From Syntrophorhabdaceae bacterium (GTDB lineage: Bacteria; Desulfobacterota; Syntrophorhabdia; Syntrophorhabdales; Syntrophorhabdaceae): a DNA stretch of 64,000 bases. The stretch spans positions 2,208,001-2,272,000 of the forward strand of contig OY762209.1 of assembly GCA_963665295.1 (NCBI GenBank). The letters run 5' to 3'. The position numbers and the translations under genes are program-made. Below, piece after piece: positions 48,329-58,534 of the stretch. Each line of letters begins with the position of its first letter. The stretch's first letter is position 1. Under the pieces are notes generated by a model, which had not been told where the DNA came from, did no database searches, and worked only from the letters and a program-made list of their open reading frames with translations.

Positions 48329-49326
48329 TTTGACGCCTCCTTGTTACTTTTCTTTCCGTAGATGAGCATCTCAGGATGCTGGTCGAGGGAATCCGCGAGG
48401 GACCTCACCGATCGCGCCGCCGCCTCAAATTCCTCCAGGGCCTTGATCAGCCGGTACCCCATAGGCGAATCTCCTGCCATGATGCCCTCTGCGTTAGCCA
48501 TTACCGCGTGGGAACTCGTGAGGGCGATTCCCGCCGCGTCCGAGGCCTTGGTGACACTGGCGATAAGGGGCCCGATGTCGCTTTCTATGCGGGATGCCAG
48601 CTTCTTGAATTCCTGGGCGGTCTCGGTAATGTTTGTCCCTGCGGGCCCTACGTGCCGGTCGACATTTCTCACAAGAGCCCTCGCCTCGTCGACCCCGTCT
48701 CTGACGGACCGCAACATGGCAACTGTTTCCGGTGAACTTGCAATCTTCGCGATGGCCGACACCGCGTCCTGGACCTTATTAAGGATGTCCTCTATGGGGA
48801 TCTTTTCGAGCTTCCGCGTCAATTCCTGGATGGGAGTCGGTATGGTGGGGATCTCTTTATATTGTTTCTCTATTCCCGCGAATACCGCCGGCTTGTCCGG
48901 GTGGAAATCGAGAGTTATCATCAACTGGCCCGTAACGATGCTCTGCATTGCCAACTGGCCCCGGAGGCCCTTCTCCACCAACTTTTGAGTAAGACCCGCC
49001 TGTTTCCCGAGGTCCGTTACCGTGCGGCCTTCTACTTCGATTTCCGCCTGTCCCAGTTCCACGATTACAGGAATGTTGGCGGACAGGTCCTTGGGATTGA
49101 AGCTCAGCCTGATCTCCTTCACCTCTCCTATCCTCACGCCCCGGAAGACTACGGGAGAGCCCACGGAGAGGCCCGCCACCGAGCCTTTGAAGAACATGAC
49201 ATATGTGGGCCGGTTCTTGAAAAACTTTCCTGAACCGAGTATGAGGACCGCTGCCACGAGAAGGGCCACGGCGCTTGTCATGAAGATACCTATGACCGTC
49301 TTGTTTGTTTGTGCGCTCATGAGCAT
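48325..49326 (-). CDS. MCE/MlaD-family protein
   Basis: N-terminal TM, SVAGLSVGSPVVFRGVRIGEV, helical tail. Confidence 0.9.
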   Translation of the reverse strand: MLMSAQTNKTVIGIFMTSAVALLVAAVLILGSGKFFKNRPTYVMFFKGSVAGLSVGSPVVFRGVRIGEVKEIRLSFNPKDLSANIPVIVELGQAEIEVEGRTVTDLGKQAGLTQKLVEKGLRGQLAMQSIVTGQLMITLDFHPDKPAVFAGIEKQYKEIPTIPTPIQELTRKLEKIPIEDILNKVQDAVSAIAKIASSPETVAMLRSVRDGVDEARALVRNVDRHVGPAGTNITETAQEFKKLASRIESDIGPLIASVTKASDAAGIALTSSHAVMANAEGIMAGDSPMGYRLIKALEEFEAAARSVRSLADSLDQHPEMLIYGKKSNKEASK

Positions 49327-50105
49327 TCACCTTTTCGATTTATTGTGGGGTTATCGCCTCCCCCACGGGTGAGAAAGTTACGTACCTTCGGATCGGTGGA
49401 CTCGGCGAGGAGTCTTTTTGGATCTCCGTGGGCAGTCATGGTCCTCGACTCCACATCGAGGAACACGGAGTTGTTGCCGATGGCGAATATGCTTGCCAGC
49501 TCATGGGTCACGATGACCACCGTGGCCCCGAGGCTGTCCCGGAGTTCGAGTATAAGGTCATCGAGGAGCTTTGCGCTTACGGGATCGAGACCCGCCGAGG
49601 GCTCGTCGAAGAAGAGGATATCGGCGTCCAAGGCCATTGCCCGGGCCAGGCCCGCTCTCTTCTTCATGCCACCGCTTATCTCGGAGGGATAGAAATCCTC
49701 GAAACCCGCGAGACCAACGAGGGCCATCTTGAGGGAGACCATCTTCCTTATCCGGTGAGAATCAAGGTTCGTGTACAATTCGAGTGGAAGGGCCACGTTC
49801 TCCGCGAGGGTCATGGAACTCCACAGGGCGCCGCTCTGGTAAAGTATGCCGAAGCGCTTCATGAGTTCGCGACGCGCGGGCGGCTCAGCGCTCCAGAAGT
49901 CCACACCGTCGTAAAGGACCTGCCCCCTGGAAGGTTCTTTCAGGCCCACCAGCAGTTTGAGCAAGGTGCTTTTGCCGCACCCGCTTCCCCCCATGATGAT
50001 AAATATATCCCCACGATTGATAGTAAAGTTGAGATCTCTCATGAGAATAAAGCTGCCGTAGCCCATATCGAGACCTTTCACTGTAATTACCGCTTTCTTA
50101 TCCAT
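49317..50105 (-). CDS. MlaF-like ABC ATPase
   Basis: GGSGCGKS, ISGGMKKR, FFDEPSAGLD, VTH. Confidence 0.92.
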   Translation of the reverse strand: MDKKAVITVKGLDMGYGSFILMRDLNFTINRGDIFIIMGGSGCGKSTLLKLLVGLKEPSRGQVLYDGVDFWSAEPPARRELMKRFGILYQSGALWSSMTLAENVALPLELYTNLDSHRIRKMVSLKMALVGLAGFEDFYPSEISGGMKKRAGLARAMALDADILFFDEPSAGLDPVSAKLLDDLILELRDSLGATVVIVTHELASIFAIGNNSVFLDVESRTMTAHGDPKRLLAESTDPKVRNFLTRGGGDNPTINRKGECS

Positions 50106-50112
50106 CTTTCCC

Positions 50113-51300
50113 TCAGAATCCGAGTATGTTGCACATGATCGTGATGATTGCCGTGGCGACTATGATGCTCACGATCCCGGTTACCACTGCCGAAGTGGCG
50201 GCATACCCCACAGCCGAGGCGCTCCGCTCGCACTGCATACCTCGTAAACAGCCGGAGAGAGCTACCAGGACCCCGAACACCGCGCCATGAAAGAGGCCTA
50301 TCCACAGATTGGTAAGGCTCAAGGCCCCCTTCGTCTGGTTGAGATAAACGATGGGGTTGAGATCGAGCATGGTGACGCCCACTATCATGCCCCCCAGGAT
50401 ACCCATGATATCCGCGTAGACACAGAGGAGGGGCATCATGATGGTAAGTGCCAGCATCCGGGGCAGGACGAGAAACTCCATGGGCGTGACGCCCAGGGTC
50501 TTCAAGGCGTCGATCTCCTCGTTTACCTGCATGGTCCCCAGTTGAGCCGCGTAGGCGGCGCCCGTACGGCCCGCCATGATAATCCCCGTCATAATGGCGC
50601 CCATTACCCTCACCATGGCGATACCCACAAGGTCCGCCACATATATCTGGGCGCCGAAGGCCTTGAGCTGTATGGCACCCACGAAGGCGAGGATCAGCCC
50701 TACGAGGAGACTGATCAGGGAGACTATGGGCAATGCCTGGGACCCGCTCTCCTGAAGGAAGAGTATGAGGTCGGACCACCGGAAAGTCGCTCTGCCTGTA
50801 AAGAGGCGAACCACGGAAACGCCCGCGTCGCCGAGGAAGTTCATCACCTCCGCGAGGCTGGTTCCAAGCTGCAAGGTTCCCCCGCCGATCCTGGACATGA
50901 GCGGTTCCTTTGTTGCGCCTTTCTTTGCGCCTGCCCTCTCGGGAACGGCGAGGGCGAGATTCAGGAGACGCCGCGCACCCTCAGGGAGACCGTCCAGTTC
51001 AAAGGCAATTCCTTTGGACATGCAATATTCCTTCACCCCGAGAAGGAAGGTGAGGAGACTGCTGTCCCAATCCGAAAGGGACGCGGTTTCGAAGGTTACC
51101 TTCGCGGCCGCTGGTCCCGCGGCCATCTGCCTTTCCGCCTCCTCGGAGGAAGGCGGGGAGAATTCCGTCTTCCAGGAGCCGGTCAGCCTTAAGACGAGAC
51201 CTCCCCCGGGGGGACTACTGAAGGTGAACCCAGGGGTCCCGCCTTTCACATCGTCTATTCTCTCTTCTCTGCTTGTCGGCACGTTGCCTCCCATCTCCAT
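50113..51300 (-). CDS. MlaE-family permease with N-terminal STAS domain
   Basis: AGRTGAAYAAQLGTMQVNEEIDAL...LVLPRM. Confidence 0.9.
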   Translation of the reverse strand: MEMGGNVPTSREERIDDVKGGTPGFTFSSPPGGGLVLRLTGSWKTEFSPPSSEEAERQMAAGPAAAKVTFETASLSDWDSSLLTFLLGVKEYCMSKGIAFELDGLPEGARRLLNLALAVPERAGAKKGATKEPLMSRIGGGTLQLGTSLAEVMNFLGDAGVSVVRLFTGRATFRWSDLILFLQESGSQALPIVSLISLLVGLILAFVGAIQLKAFGAQIYVADLVGIAMVRVMGAIMTGIIMAGRTGAAYAAQLGTMQVNEEIDALKTLGVTPMEFLVLPRMLALTIMMPLLCVYADIMGILGGMIVGVTMLDLNPIVYLNQTKGALSLTNLWIGLFHGAVFGVLVALSGCLRGMQCERSASAVGYAATSAVVTGIVSIIVATAIITIMCNILGF

Positions 51301-51365
51301 GGTAACGCTGTCGGGGTATGCCCGGGTTCACCTTTTCACAACAAATATCTGAAGGCTTCTCTTCC

Positions 51366-52040
51366 TTATTGACCTTTCAAGTTATGAGCGTCATCCAGAA
51401 AGGCCTTTAGCCTTCCCGCCCAGAACTTGAAAGCCTCTTCAGCGGAACCCCACTTAGTGAACCTCTCGGTAAATCCTGCAGTCTTTTCATCAACCGCGAC
51501 GGCGACCACGTCATTAGTCATGGAGTCAAGACCCATGACCTCCGCGCTCGTGGCGCCCGAACCCGACCAGGAGCCGACTGCGCCCTTTTTCAGGATGCTG
51601 ATTGCGAGCCCCACGGGGACGACGGAAGTGACGCCGCTCAGTACGGGCCTGCTCTGCTTGATACCGGTTATGGCGAAACGGACTCGCGCTACATCCGGGC
51701 CGGGTTCAGCGACTATAGGATAGGCGTCTTTCAGGGTGTTTACGAGTTCCAGGTCGAACTTGTCCGCCATTTCTTTTAAAAACTGCGGGTCTATACCCTT
51801 GTACTCCGAATCGTCGGCAAAATAGAATATCACGCTGTCGAGCATGACCTTCTTATATTTGGAGAAATCCACGCCGGGCTTGAGCCAGCGCATCTTTGCT
51901 CCGCCTTCGGGTCCGGCCTTCAGGTTCTTGTAGTAGTCGCCGAGAAATCCGGAATAATTGGGATCAGCCGCAAAACCCCCGGAGATCATAAGGGCAAGCC
52001 CTATTACCACTGCCGATGCAATCTGTACTGTTCTTTTCAT
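51366..52040 (-). CDS. DUF3313-family exported protein
   Basis: Signal peptide, YSGFLGDY, EPGPDVARVRFAITG. Confidence 0.72.
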   Translation of the reverse strand: MKRTVQIASAVVIGLALMISGGFAADPNYSGFLGDYYKNLKAGPEGGAKMRWLKPGVDFSKYKKVMLDSVIFYFADDSEYKGIDPQFLKEMADKFDLELVNTLKDAYPIVAEPGPDVARVRFAITGIKQSRPVLSGVTSVVPVGLAISILKKGAVGSWSGSGATSAEVMGLDSMTNDVVAVAVDEKTAGFTERFTKWGSAEEAFKFWAGRLKAFLDDAHNLKGQ

Positions 52041-52116
52041 ACATCCTCCTTTTATTTTGCCTGTTACTTACTCCCTCTGCCCTTCAGTTTATGGCCGGAC
52101 AGATAGCCATGTCTTT

Positions 52117-53403
52117 TCAGAACCGGTACCGAAGGGAGCACTGCGCCGCATGGAGATAAGAGTTACGGTATTCGCCTGCCACCGTGCCCGAGAGTGGCCC
52201 CCTGTTCTGGTAAAGGTTGAGAGTGCCTATCCATACCAGTTCATAGGCAAAACCCAGAGAGAGGTGCTCGTTCAAGCCATACTGGGTGCCTATCCCGAAG
52301 CGATACGCCTCCCCCATGGGTACGCTCGCAGTCATATCAGCGCCTTTCACTGCCGAACTGTCATAGGCTGCCCCGAAAAAGAGAAGCCAGGGTTTATCTA
52401 TGAGATACTGTCCTCCCAGGGCGAAGTGCCACGTATCCTTGTAGCTGAGGTCCGTGGTGAGGCTCGTCTGGGAGGCGGAAGAGACGGACACGTCCACTTT
52501 CCCGAACCTCGACCACTGCTGCCAGCCCACATTGCCCATGAACGCCCACCGGTCGTTCAGCTCATGAAAGAAACTGAACATGCCCATCTGGGGGACCCAC
52601 ATGGTCATGTCCACGCTTGCACCCAGGAGGCCCCTGGCCCTCAGGATGGCGTTAAGGAAGGGGCCGGTCCCGTTGAACGTCGGCGTATCCTTAAAGTCAA
52701 GCTTCACCTCCGAGAGGTAGTTGATTCCGAAACGGGTTCTCTTGCCGACCTCGTACAGAAGACCGAGATTTGCGCCATATCCCCAGGTGTTGTCGCTTAC
52801 CTTCAACTGTCCATCCGGCATACCGGGGGCAACATTATTGAGGGCAACCTTCTGCTCCATAGATGCATTCATCATGTTGAGGCCCGCCCCGAGGGATAAC
52901 CGGTCCGTTACCTTGTAGGCAAGTGATGGCTGAACGGTCAGGCCCTGGAGTGTTGCGCTCTGGACAAAGTAGCGTCCCGCCCAGCTGTCACCGTAATCGA
53001 GGCTGAGACCGAAATAACTCAACACCCCTATACCCGCCTTCCAGTCTTCCGAAAGGCTGTGCACATAGTACATATTGCCCGAAGGCAGCCACGCCTTTGT
53101 GTCCCCCGTCGTTCCCGCGACGGTTGTCCGGGAATCGGACGAAAATTTCAAACCCGTGTAAATGCCCTGTACGCCCATAAGGAATTCCGACTTCTTGAGC
53201 CGTGTCATGCCTGCAGGGTTGGTAAAAACCGTGGAGGCGTCGTCGGCCCGTGATGCCCACCCCGCGGCAGCCGTTCCTATTTGAGTGACGCCCACCTCAT
53301 ACATCCCGATGCCACCGGCATTGCCGATGCAGGGGAATATGAGACCACCTGCAAGTACGAAAATAAAAACCTTCAATATACATGTTTTCCTGCTCACTCG
53401 CAC
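52117..53403 (-). CDS. FadL/OmpP1/TodX outer-membrane hydrophobic-substrate channel
   Basis: DDASTVFTNPAGMT plug motif; amphipathic beta strands; C-terminal YRF. Confidence 0.88.
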   Translation of the reverse strand: MRVSRKTCILKVFIFVLAGGLIFPCIGNAGGIGMYEVGVTQIGTAAAGWASRADDASTVFTNPAGMTRLKKSEFLMGVQGIYTGLKFSSDSRTTVAGTTGDTKAWLPSGNMYYVHSLSEDWKAGIGVLSYFGLSLDYGDSWAGRYFVQSATLQGLTVQPSLAYKVTDRLSLGAGLNMMNASMEQKVALNNVAPGMPDGQLKVSDNTWGYGANLGLLYEVGKRTRFGINYLSEVKLDFKDTPTFNGTGPFLNAILRARGLLGASVDMTMWVPQMGMFSFFHELNDRWAFMGNVGWQQWSRFGKVDVSVSSASQTSLTTDLSYKDTWHFALGGQYLIDKPWLLFFGAAYDSSAVKGADMTASVPMGEAYRFGIGTQYGLNEHLSLGFAYELVWIGTLNLYQNRGPLSGTVAGEYRNSYLHAAQCSLRYRF

Positions 53404-53464
53404 CTCCGTTCATAGCCCATAAAGTAATACCCCTGAGACTGTTTTCCGGACCCTGCCCTACCGG

Positions 53465-53770
53465 TTTCTCAGAAATTCCACATCAAAGGTCCGCCACTCT
53501 ACCGCCTGGAAACAGGCCCCCATTAATCGATCAATGCGAGAGTCATAGATAAATACTTCGACCCCGGGTAATTAAGGTCGCGCGGCTCCCGCACCACGTT
53601 GAGCCTTCTTTCCCTGGTCTGCGCCCGGCCATGGAACACGTTGATAGGCTTCGGATTGAAATAGGCCGCTTTCACTCTGCCATCTTCCCCTATCTCCTTC
53701 AAGTCAAGAATATATCCGCCGTCGGGTCGAATCCATTTTCCCGTCAGGACTTGAAAACCAGCATATTGAG
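53465..53770 (-). pseudogene. Fragment of a conserved hypothetical gene, 5'-truncated and frameshifted
   Basis: Start-less frame GKWIRPDGGYIL...AAYFNPKPINV...RDLNYPGSKY, continuing in another frame as YDSRIDRL..FQAV...TFDV; boundaries approximate. Confidence 0.55.
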
Positions 53771-53789
53771 ATGGGCGTGAATATTCCTT

Positions 53790-53988
53790 GCTTCCTTATG
53801 GGGCACTTCTCATGAGCGTTGAAAAGCACCTGTTTCCCGAGATAGAAACAGCACTCGCAGTCGGGGTTGCCCATGGGCCCTATGGGCTTCGCCACAACGT
53901 GGATGCCCGGCATCGCGCTTTTTGGTGCCCTGTCGGCCTGCCTCTCCTTCACGTCTGTAAGCACCCGGCAATAACCTTCCTTATTCAA
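53790..53988 (-). pseudogene. N-terminal remnant of an anaerobic sulfatase maturase (anSME/AtsB)
   Basis: IHVVAKPIGPMGNPDCECCFYLGK resembles the anSME motif AKP.G..CNL.C.YCFYL with the first Cys lost; truncated shortly after. Confidence 0.65.
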
Positions 53989-55492
53989 CTTGTTCTATCT
54001 CCCCCGGCCGCCAGGTCTTGTCGAACCACGGCTCCAACGGGCTATAGAGGCGGAGGATCGTGTTCCATCCCTTGCCGGGGACGGTTTGAATCCAGTTGGC
54101 CTTCCGCCCCGGGGCCTTCGGGCCAAAGTAGATGTCCACGGACCTATCCGCATTGACCACAAGATTCTTGTCCTGACTGCCGATGCTCGGGAACTGTTGG
54201 TCGGTCTGCACCATCGAACGCGCCTGATCATCGTAAACGATCACGGACCAGAAGTTCCCCACCGGGATATCAGGCGGCAGATGCAGCTTATAAGTCTTGC
54301 TTCCGTTCAGGGGGGCGCCCTTCGAATCCATGACCGCCCAGGCATACTGTGAGCCCTGTCCGACCATTTTCTGCTCCATCGCCGGTGTCACACCGGTGGC
54401 GGCGAAGTAATACATGATATAGCCGTCGAAGTTCGTTACGCCGGGCTGTGCCTCAAACTTGTAGCCTCCCAGGAAAGGCAGGCGCCAAGCGCTGTTCTCG
54501 TAGTAGAAATCTTCCTTTTGACGCATCCGGTATGCCACTGCGCGGGCTGTTGCGTCGCCCACCGCCGCGGCTTCAGTGAGGATCTTCTTCATTCGGGCGC
54601 CGGGCGAGAAGGGTTTGCCCTTCTCGATACCTATGGAGGCGTAGAAACCCAGCCGAATGGGATCGAGGGACTCGCTCGGTTCCTCCTGTACAACCTGGTT
54701 GAGAAGCCCCCAGAAGGCATAATCCGCCGGCGCAACCGTGCAGAACGCTTTGCCCGATACATTCACGAAGTTCATGGCCGGAGGGTTGGCGGCTTCGGAC
54801 AGGCGATAGACGCGGGTATATTTCTTTACCAGGTCAACGCCCGGCTTCGTATCCCCGTTCATTACAAAGCTGCGCCAGGGGGCCCAGAGGCTGAAGGTGG
54901 GCGACTTCACCACGAAATAGCCTTTCGGGACCTCGCCTTTGTAGCCGGGGGGCAGGACGAGGAACTTGCCGCCCGCGCCTTTGTCAGGACCTGTGAATCC
55001 GATATCGGCGACCCACCGGAACCACATATCGTTGAGGGCTCCGAGCACCTTCGGCGGCGCTTCGAGCACTACCGGACCGCTTCTCAGGTCAAGCCACATC
55101 CAGGTGTAGGGTGTTTCCGTATTCGGAGTAAGGAATATCGACCGTGAATCCATCCGGTTCTCGAAGATCGGCACGGTAGTGTTGGCCGGGCCCAGCTTGA
55201 GGATCTCATTGCGGTTCGCTGCCTGACTTACGGCCGGCAAAGCCAGGAGGTAGGCCTGCACCGCCCGCTGGAAATCAAGGTTGTCGTAAAGTTTATCCAC
55301 AGTAGCGCTGTCCGGGAATCCGTCGAAAAAGTTCAGCGTGCCGAGGCGGGTCTCCACCTTGTCCGGCGAGGCTATGCCCGGCGGCAGAGGGGTGGTCATC
55401 TTCATTTTCGGCGGCTCTGTCCAACCCGGCACGGCAATGCCGGTCAAGATTAAAGTCATGACAGCCACACTCAGCATCCATGCTCTTTTCAT
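53981..55492 (-). CDS. DUF1254/DUF1214 domain exported protein
   Basis: Signal peptide, TPNTETPY, FWSVIVYD, NWIQTVPGKGW..ILRLYSP. Confidence 0.87.
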   Translation of the reverse strand: MKRAWMLSVAVMTLILTGIAVPGWTEPPKMKMTTPLPPGIASPDKVETRLGTLNFFDGFPDSATVDKLYDNLDFQRAVQAYLLALPAVSQAANRNEILKLGPANTTVPIFENRMDSRSIFLTPNTETPYTWMWLDLRSGPVVLEAPPKVLGALNDMWFRWVADIGFTGPDKGAGGKFLVLPPGYKGEVPKGYFVVKSPTFSLWAPWRSFVMNGDTKPGVDLVKKYTRVYRLSEAANPPAMNFVNVSGKAFCTVAPADYAFWGLLNQVVQEEPSESLDPIRLGFYASIGIEKGKPFSPGARMKKILTEAAAVGDATARAVAYRMRQKEDFYYENSAWRLPFLGGYKFEAQPGVTNFDGYIMYYFAATGVTPAMEQKMVGQGSQYAWAVMDSKGAPLNGSKTYKLHLPPDIPVGNFWSVIVYDDQARSMVQTDQQFPSIGSQDKNLVVNADRSVDIYFGPKAPGRKANWIQTVPGKGWNTILRLYSPLEPWFDKTWRPGEIEQVE

Positions 55493-55532
55493 TCGGCTCT
55501 TCTCCTTTCTCTTCCGGCTCGTCGCCTATGGC

Positions 55533-57956
55533 TCAATCTGCCATCGCCTTCTTATGGGCGGCTTCCGCGCGGAGTTTGGTCTCCTCTGCTTTCTCGGCCT
55601 TCTTCGTTTCCCCGATGTCGATGGTGACCTTGGTGATTTTGCCGGTAAATCTATAGGGCGCGGGAATTCCGTAGTTCTCGACGACAGGTGTTTCGTCGTC
55701 CATGCCTACATCAGCGCCTTCATCAGCGGAAAATATCATGGGCTGTGTTCGTTCAATCCGCCCCTGTGCGACCTTTTTGCCGTTAACAAGAATGGTCCCC
55801 ACGCCGCCTTTGCCGAGGCCTCCGCCGTCGTATGCGAATTCATAACGGATCGTTGCTTTTCCCGCAGGTAGAGGGGCGTTGGCGGCGACGGTCTGGCGCT
55901 TCAACCCGAGGAAATTATAGGTGTAGGTGGGTTTGCCGTCCTTCAGGTAGAGACTCCAGCCTCCGAACCGTCCTGCCTGGGCAAGGATTACACCTCTGGC
56001 CCCGCCTTTGGGAATCGTGACCTCGGCGGTGATTGAGTGGGAACGGTTTTTCGTGTTGATGAAAGTGTTTTCGGACATCCCTGCCATGCCCGCGAAGACG
56101 GTGAGTTTTGTACGCCCTGCCATGAGATCGGGTCGCCCGACCAGGGCCGCATTGATGCGCTCGAATACCCGGTCATCGATGGGCAGGACGGTGTACTTCA
56201 CTGCTTCGGCCATAAATATATCCTGCATTTCTTTGAGCTTGTCGGGGTTTTCTTTCGCCAGGTCGTTAGCGAGGCTGAAGTCGGTCCGTGTATCATAGAG
56301 TTCCCACCTATCTTTCAAAAGGGTGGTCCGGGGCTCGCGCTCCCACGCTGCCCGGTGAATGGTGCCGGCAAACCATCCGTCCTGATAGAGGGCGCGGTTT
56401 CCGAAGATCTCGAAGTACTGGGTCAGGTGGCGGTCTTTGGCCTTCGCATCATTGAAGGAATAGAGCATACTGACTCCTTCGATGGGGGTCTGGGGGACGC
56501 CGTTTATCACCTTCGGTTGGGGCAGACCCGCTGCTTCCAGGATCGTGGGGGCAATGTCGATTACGTGGCGCCACTGCGAACGAAGCTCTCCACGTGTTTT
56601 TACCGACTTGGGCCAATGAACGACCAGCCCGTTCCTTGTTCCGCCATAGTTCGACGCTACCTGTTTTGTCCAGGTAAAGGGCGCATCCCCTGCCACGGCC
56701 CACCCCGCCGCATAATGACCGTATGTGGCCGGACCGCCCAGCTGATCATAATGCTTCAGGATGTCCGCCACCTTTTCTTCCACTCCGTTGAAGTAGGTCA
56801 TCTCGTTAAACATGCCGTTCATTCCGCCTTCGGCGCTTGCCCCATTGTCCCCGAGGATATAGAAGATCAGAGTGTTGTCAAGCTGACCCATGGCTGCCAC
56901 GGCATCGACGAGGCGGCCGATCTCGGTATCGGCGTACTCGCCGAAACCTGCGTAAATCTCCATCTGGCGGGTAAAGAGCCTCTTCTCGTCGGCGCTGAGC
57001 TGATCCCAGTCCTTGATGGCCCGGGGCTTGGGCGCGAGTTTTGTGCCCTCGGGCACCACACCCAGTTTGATCTGGCGGGAAAGGGTATCTTCCCGCAGTT
57101 TGTCCCACCCCTGGTCGAACTTACCTTTGTACTTGGCAATCCAGGACTTGGGCACATGGTGCGGCGCATGGGTCGCTCCCGGCGCGAAGTAGATAAAGAA
57201 GGGCCTGTCCGGCGTAAGAGATTTCACGGATTGCATCCAGCCGATCGCCTGATTCGTCATGTCGGTCATGAAGTGATAGTTCGGGTCTTTCGGCACCTCG
57301 ATCTTGGTCATGCCGTCGTAGATTGCGGGCGCCCACTGGTTGGTTTCTCCGCCCATGAAGCCGTAGAATTTGTCGAAACCGCTACGGGTAGGCCAACGGT
57401 CCGTAGGCCCTGAAGGGCTGACTTCCCAGGCAGCAGTCTCATGGTTCTTCCCGAACGCCGCAGTTGTGTAGCCATTATACCGCAGCATCATAGCTAAGGG
57501 CGCCACGCTTTCGGGGCGTTGCCCCGTGTATCCCGGGAAGGCCGTTGAGGTCTCCATGATCGAACCTGTATTATTCATGTGATGGTTGCGCCCCGTGAGA
57601 AGGGCCGCCCTGGTGGGTGAACTGAGGGCAGTGGTATGGAACCTGTTATACTTCAGGCCGTTTTGGGCAAGACGCTCCGCGGTCGGCATGTTGATCGGAC
57701 CGCCAAAGGCGCTCGGCTGGCCGAAACCCATGTCGTCGATAAGGATAATGAGTATGTTCGGGGCGCCGGCAGGCGCTTTCACCTCGAACCGCGGCGGTGG
57801 CGTGGCGTTCCGGACGTCAAGGACGGTACTGTGAGGATATTGGGGTTCGGGAATCGGTAGCGATGTGCGGTCCGGTCCCGCCTGAGCCGCCCCTGTTGCC
57901 GCGCAGACGGCGGTGAGAATAATGGTCATCCCCGCATGTGTCATGCTGCTCTTCAT
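55533..57956 (-). CDS. Exported arylsulfatase, Ser-type
   Basis: PNILIILIDDMG, TALSSPTRAALLTGRNHH, FGKNH, HAPHH, GDNG. Confidence 0.93.
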   Translation of the reverse strand: MKSSMTHAGMTIILTAVCAATGAAQAGPDRTSLPIPEPQYPHSTVLDVRNATPPPRFEVKAPAGAPNILIILIDDMGFGQPSAFGGPINMPTAERLAQNGLKYNRFHTTALSSPTRAALLTGRNHHMNNTGSIMETSTAFPGYTGQRPESVAPLAMMLRYNGYTTAAFGKNHETAAWEVSPSGPTDRWPTRSGFDKFYGFMGGETNQWAPAIYDGMTKIEVPKDPNYHFMTDMTNQAIGWMQSVKSLTPDRPFFIYFAPGATHAPHHVPKSWIAKYKGKFDQGWDKLREDTLSRQIKLGVVPEGTKLAPKPRAIKDWDQLSADEKRLFTRQMEIYAGFGEYADTEIGRLVDAVAAMGQLDNTLIFYILGDNGASAEGGMNGMFNEMTYFNGVEEKVADILKHYDQLGGPATYGHYAAGWAVAGDAPFTWTKQVASNYGGTRNGLVVHWPKSVKTRGELRSQWRHVIDIAPTILEAAGLPQPKVINGVPQTPIEGVSMLYSFNDAKAKDRHLTQYFEIFGNRALYQDGWFAGTIHRAAWEREPRTTLLKDRWELYDTRTDFSLANDLAKENPDKLKEMQDIFMAEAVKYTVLPIDDRVFERINAALVGRPDLMAGRTKLTVFAGMAGMSENTFINTKNRSHSITAEVTIPKGGARGVILAQAGRFGGWSLYLKDGKPTYTYNFLGLKRQTVAANAPLPAGKATIRYEFAYDGGGLGKGGVGTILVNGKKVAQGRIERTQPMIFSADEGADVGMDDETPVVENYGIPAPYRFTGKITKVTIDIGETKKAEKAEETKLRAEAAHKKAMAD

Positions 57957-58041
57957 GATTTTTCTCCGTGTGATTGTGTCGCTCTTTATTTTCTAATGTC
58001 TTTTCATGTCATCGGCAATGTTTGAGGTTGATTTTGTCAAT

Positions 58042-58455
58042 CTATTCCCCTTTGTCGCCCGAAATGGCCCACAGGATGGCGTCGAGGAGCGCCTGATCAT
58101 CGACAGGTTTTCGGAAGAAACCCTCCGCGCCCAGTTGACGTGCATGTTCACGGACGTGTGCGTCATCGCTGGCAGAAACCACAATGACAGGTATCTTTTC
58201 TCCTCTTGCTGCCAGTTCCTGCTGGAGATCGAAGCCTGTGCCGCCTGGCATATTGATGTCCATGAGAATGCACGCGTTTTTCCGCTCTTTCGGTTCCCTG
58301 AGGAAATCTTTTACTGATGAGAATGTTTCCGCTGCGAGGCCGGCCGACCTGAGAAGCCTCCCGAAGGCTTTTCGGACCGATTCGTCGTCGTCGATGACAT
58401 AGATGATGTTCTTTGACAATGGACCCTCCGCCCTTGGCTCGACTTTACCGATCAA
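58042..58455 (-). CDS. Single-domain response regulator
   Basis: VIDDD, LMDINMP, VSA, KP. Confidence 0.88.
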   Translation of the reverse strand: MIGKVEPRAEGPLSKNIIYVIDDDESVRKAFGRLLRSAGLAAETFSSVKDFLREPKERKNACILMDINMPGGTGFDLQQELAARGEKIPVIVVSASDDAHVREHARQLGAEGFFRKPVDDQALLDAILWAISGDKGE

Positions 58456-58512
58456 TGGAAGCGCCGTAACCGATTTTGTAATCAGAATAATAACGAAGAT
58501 AGGTAAGAGTTT

Positions 58513-58534
58513 CTATAGGACTTTAGTCCTATAG
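58513..58534. promoter_or_regulatory. Palindromic operator (copy 1)
   Basis: CTATAGGACT-TT-AGTCCTATAG perfect inverted repeat. Confidence 0.75.
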
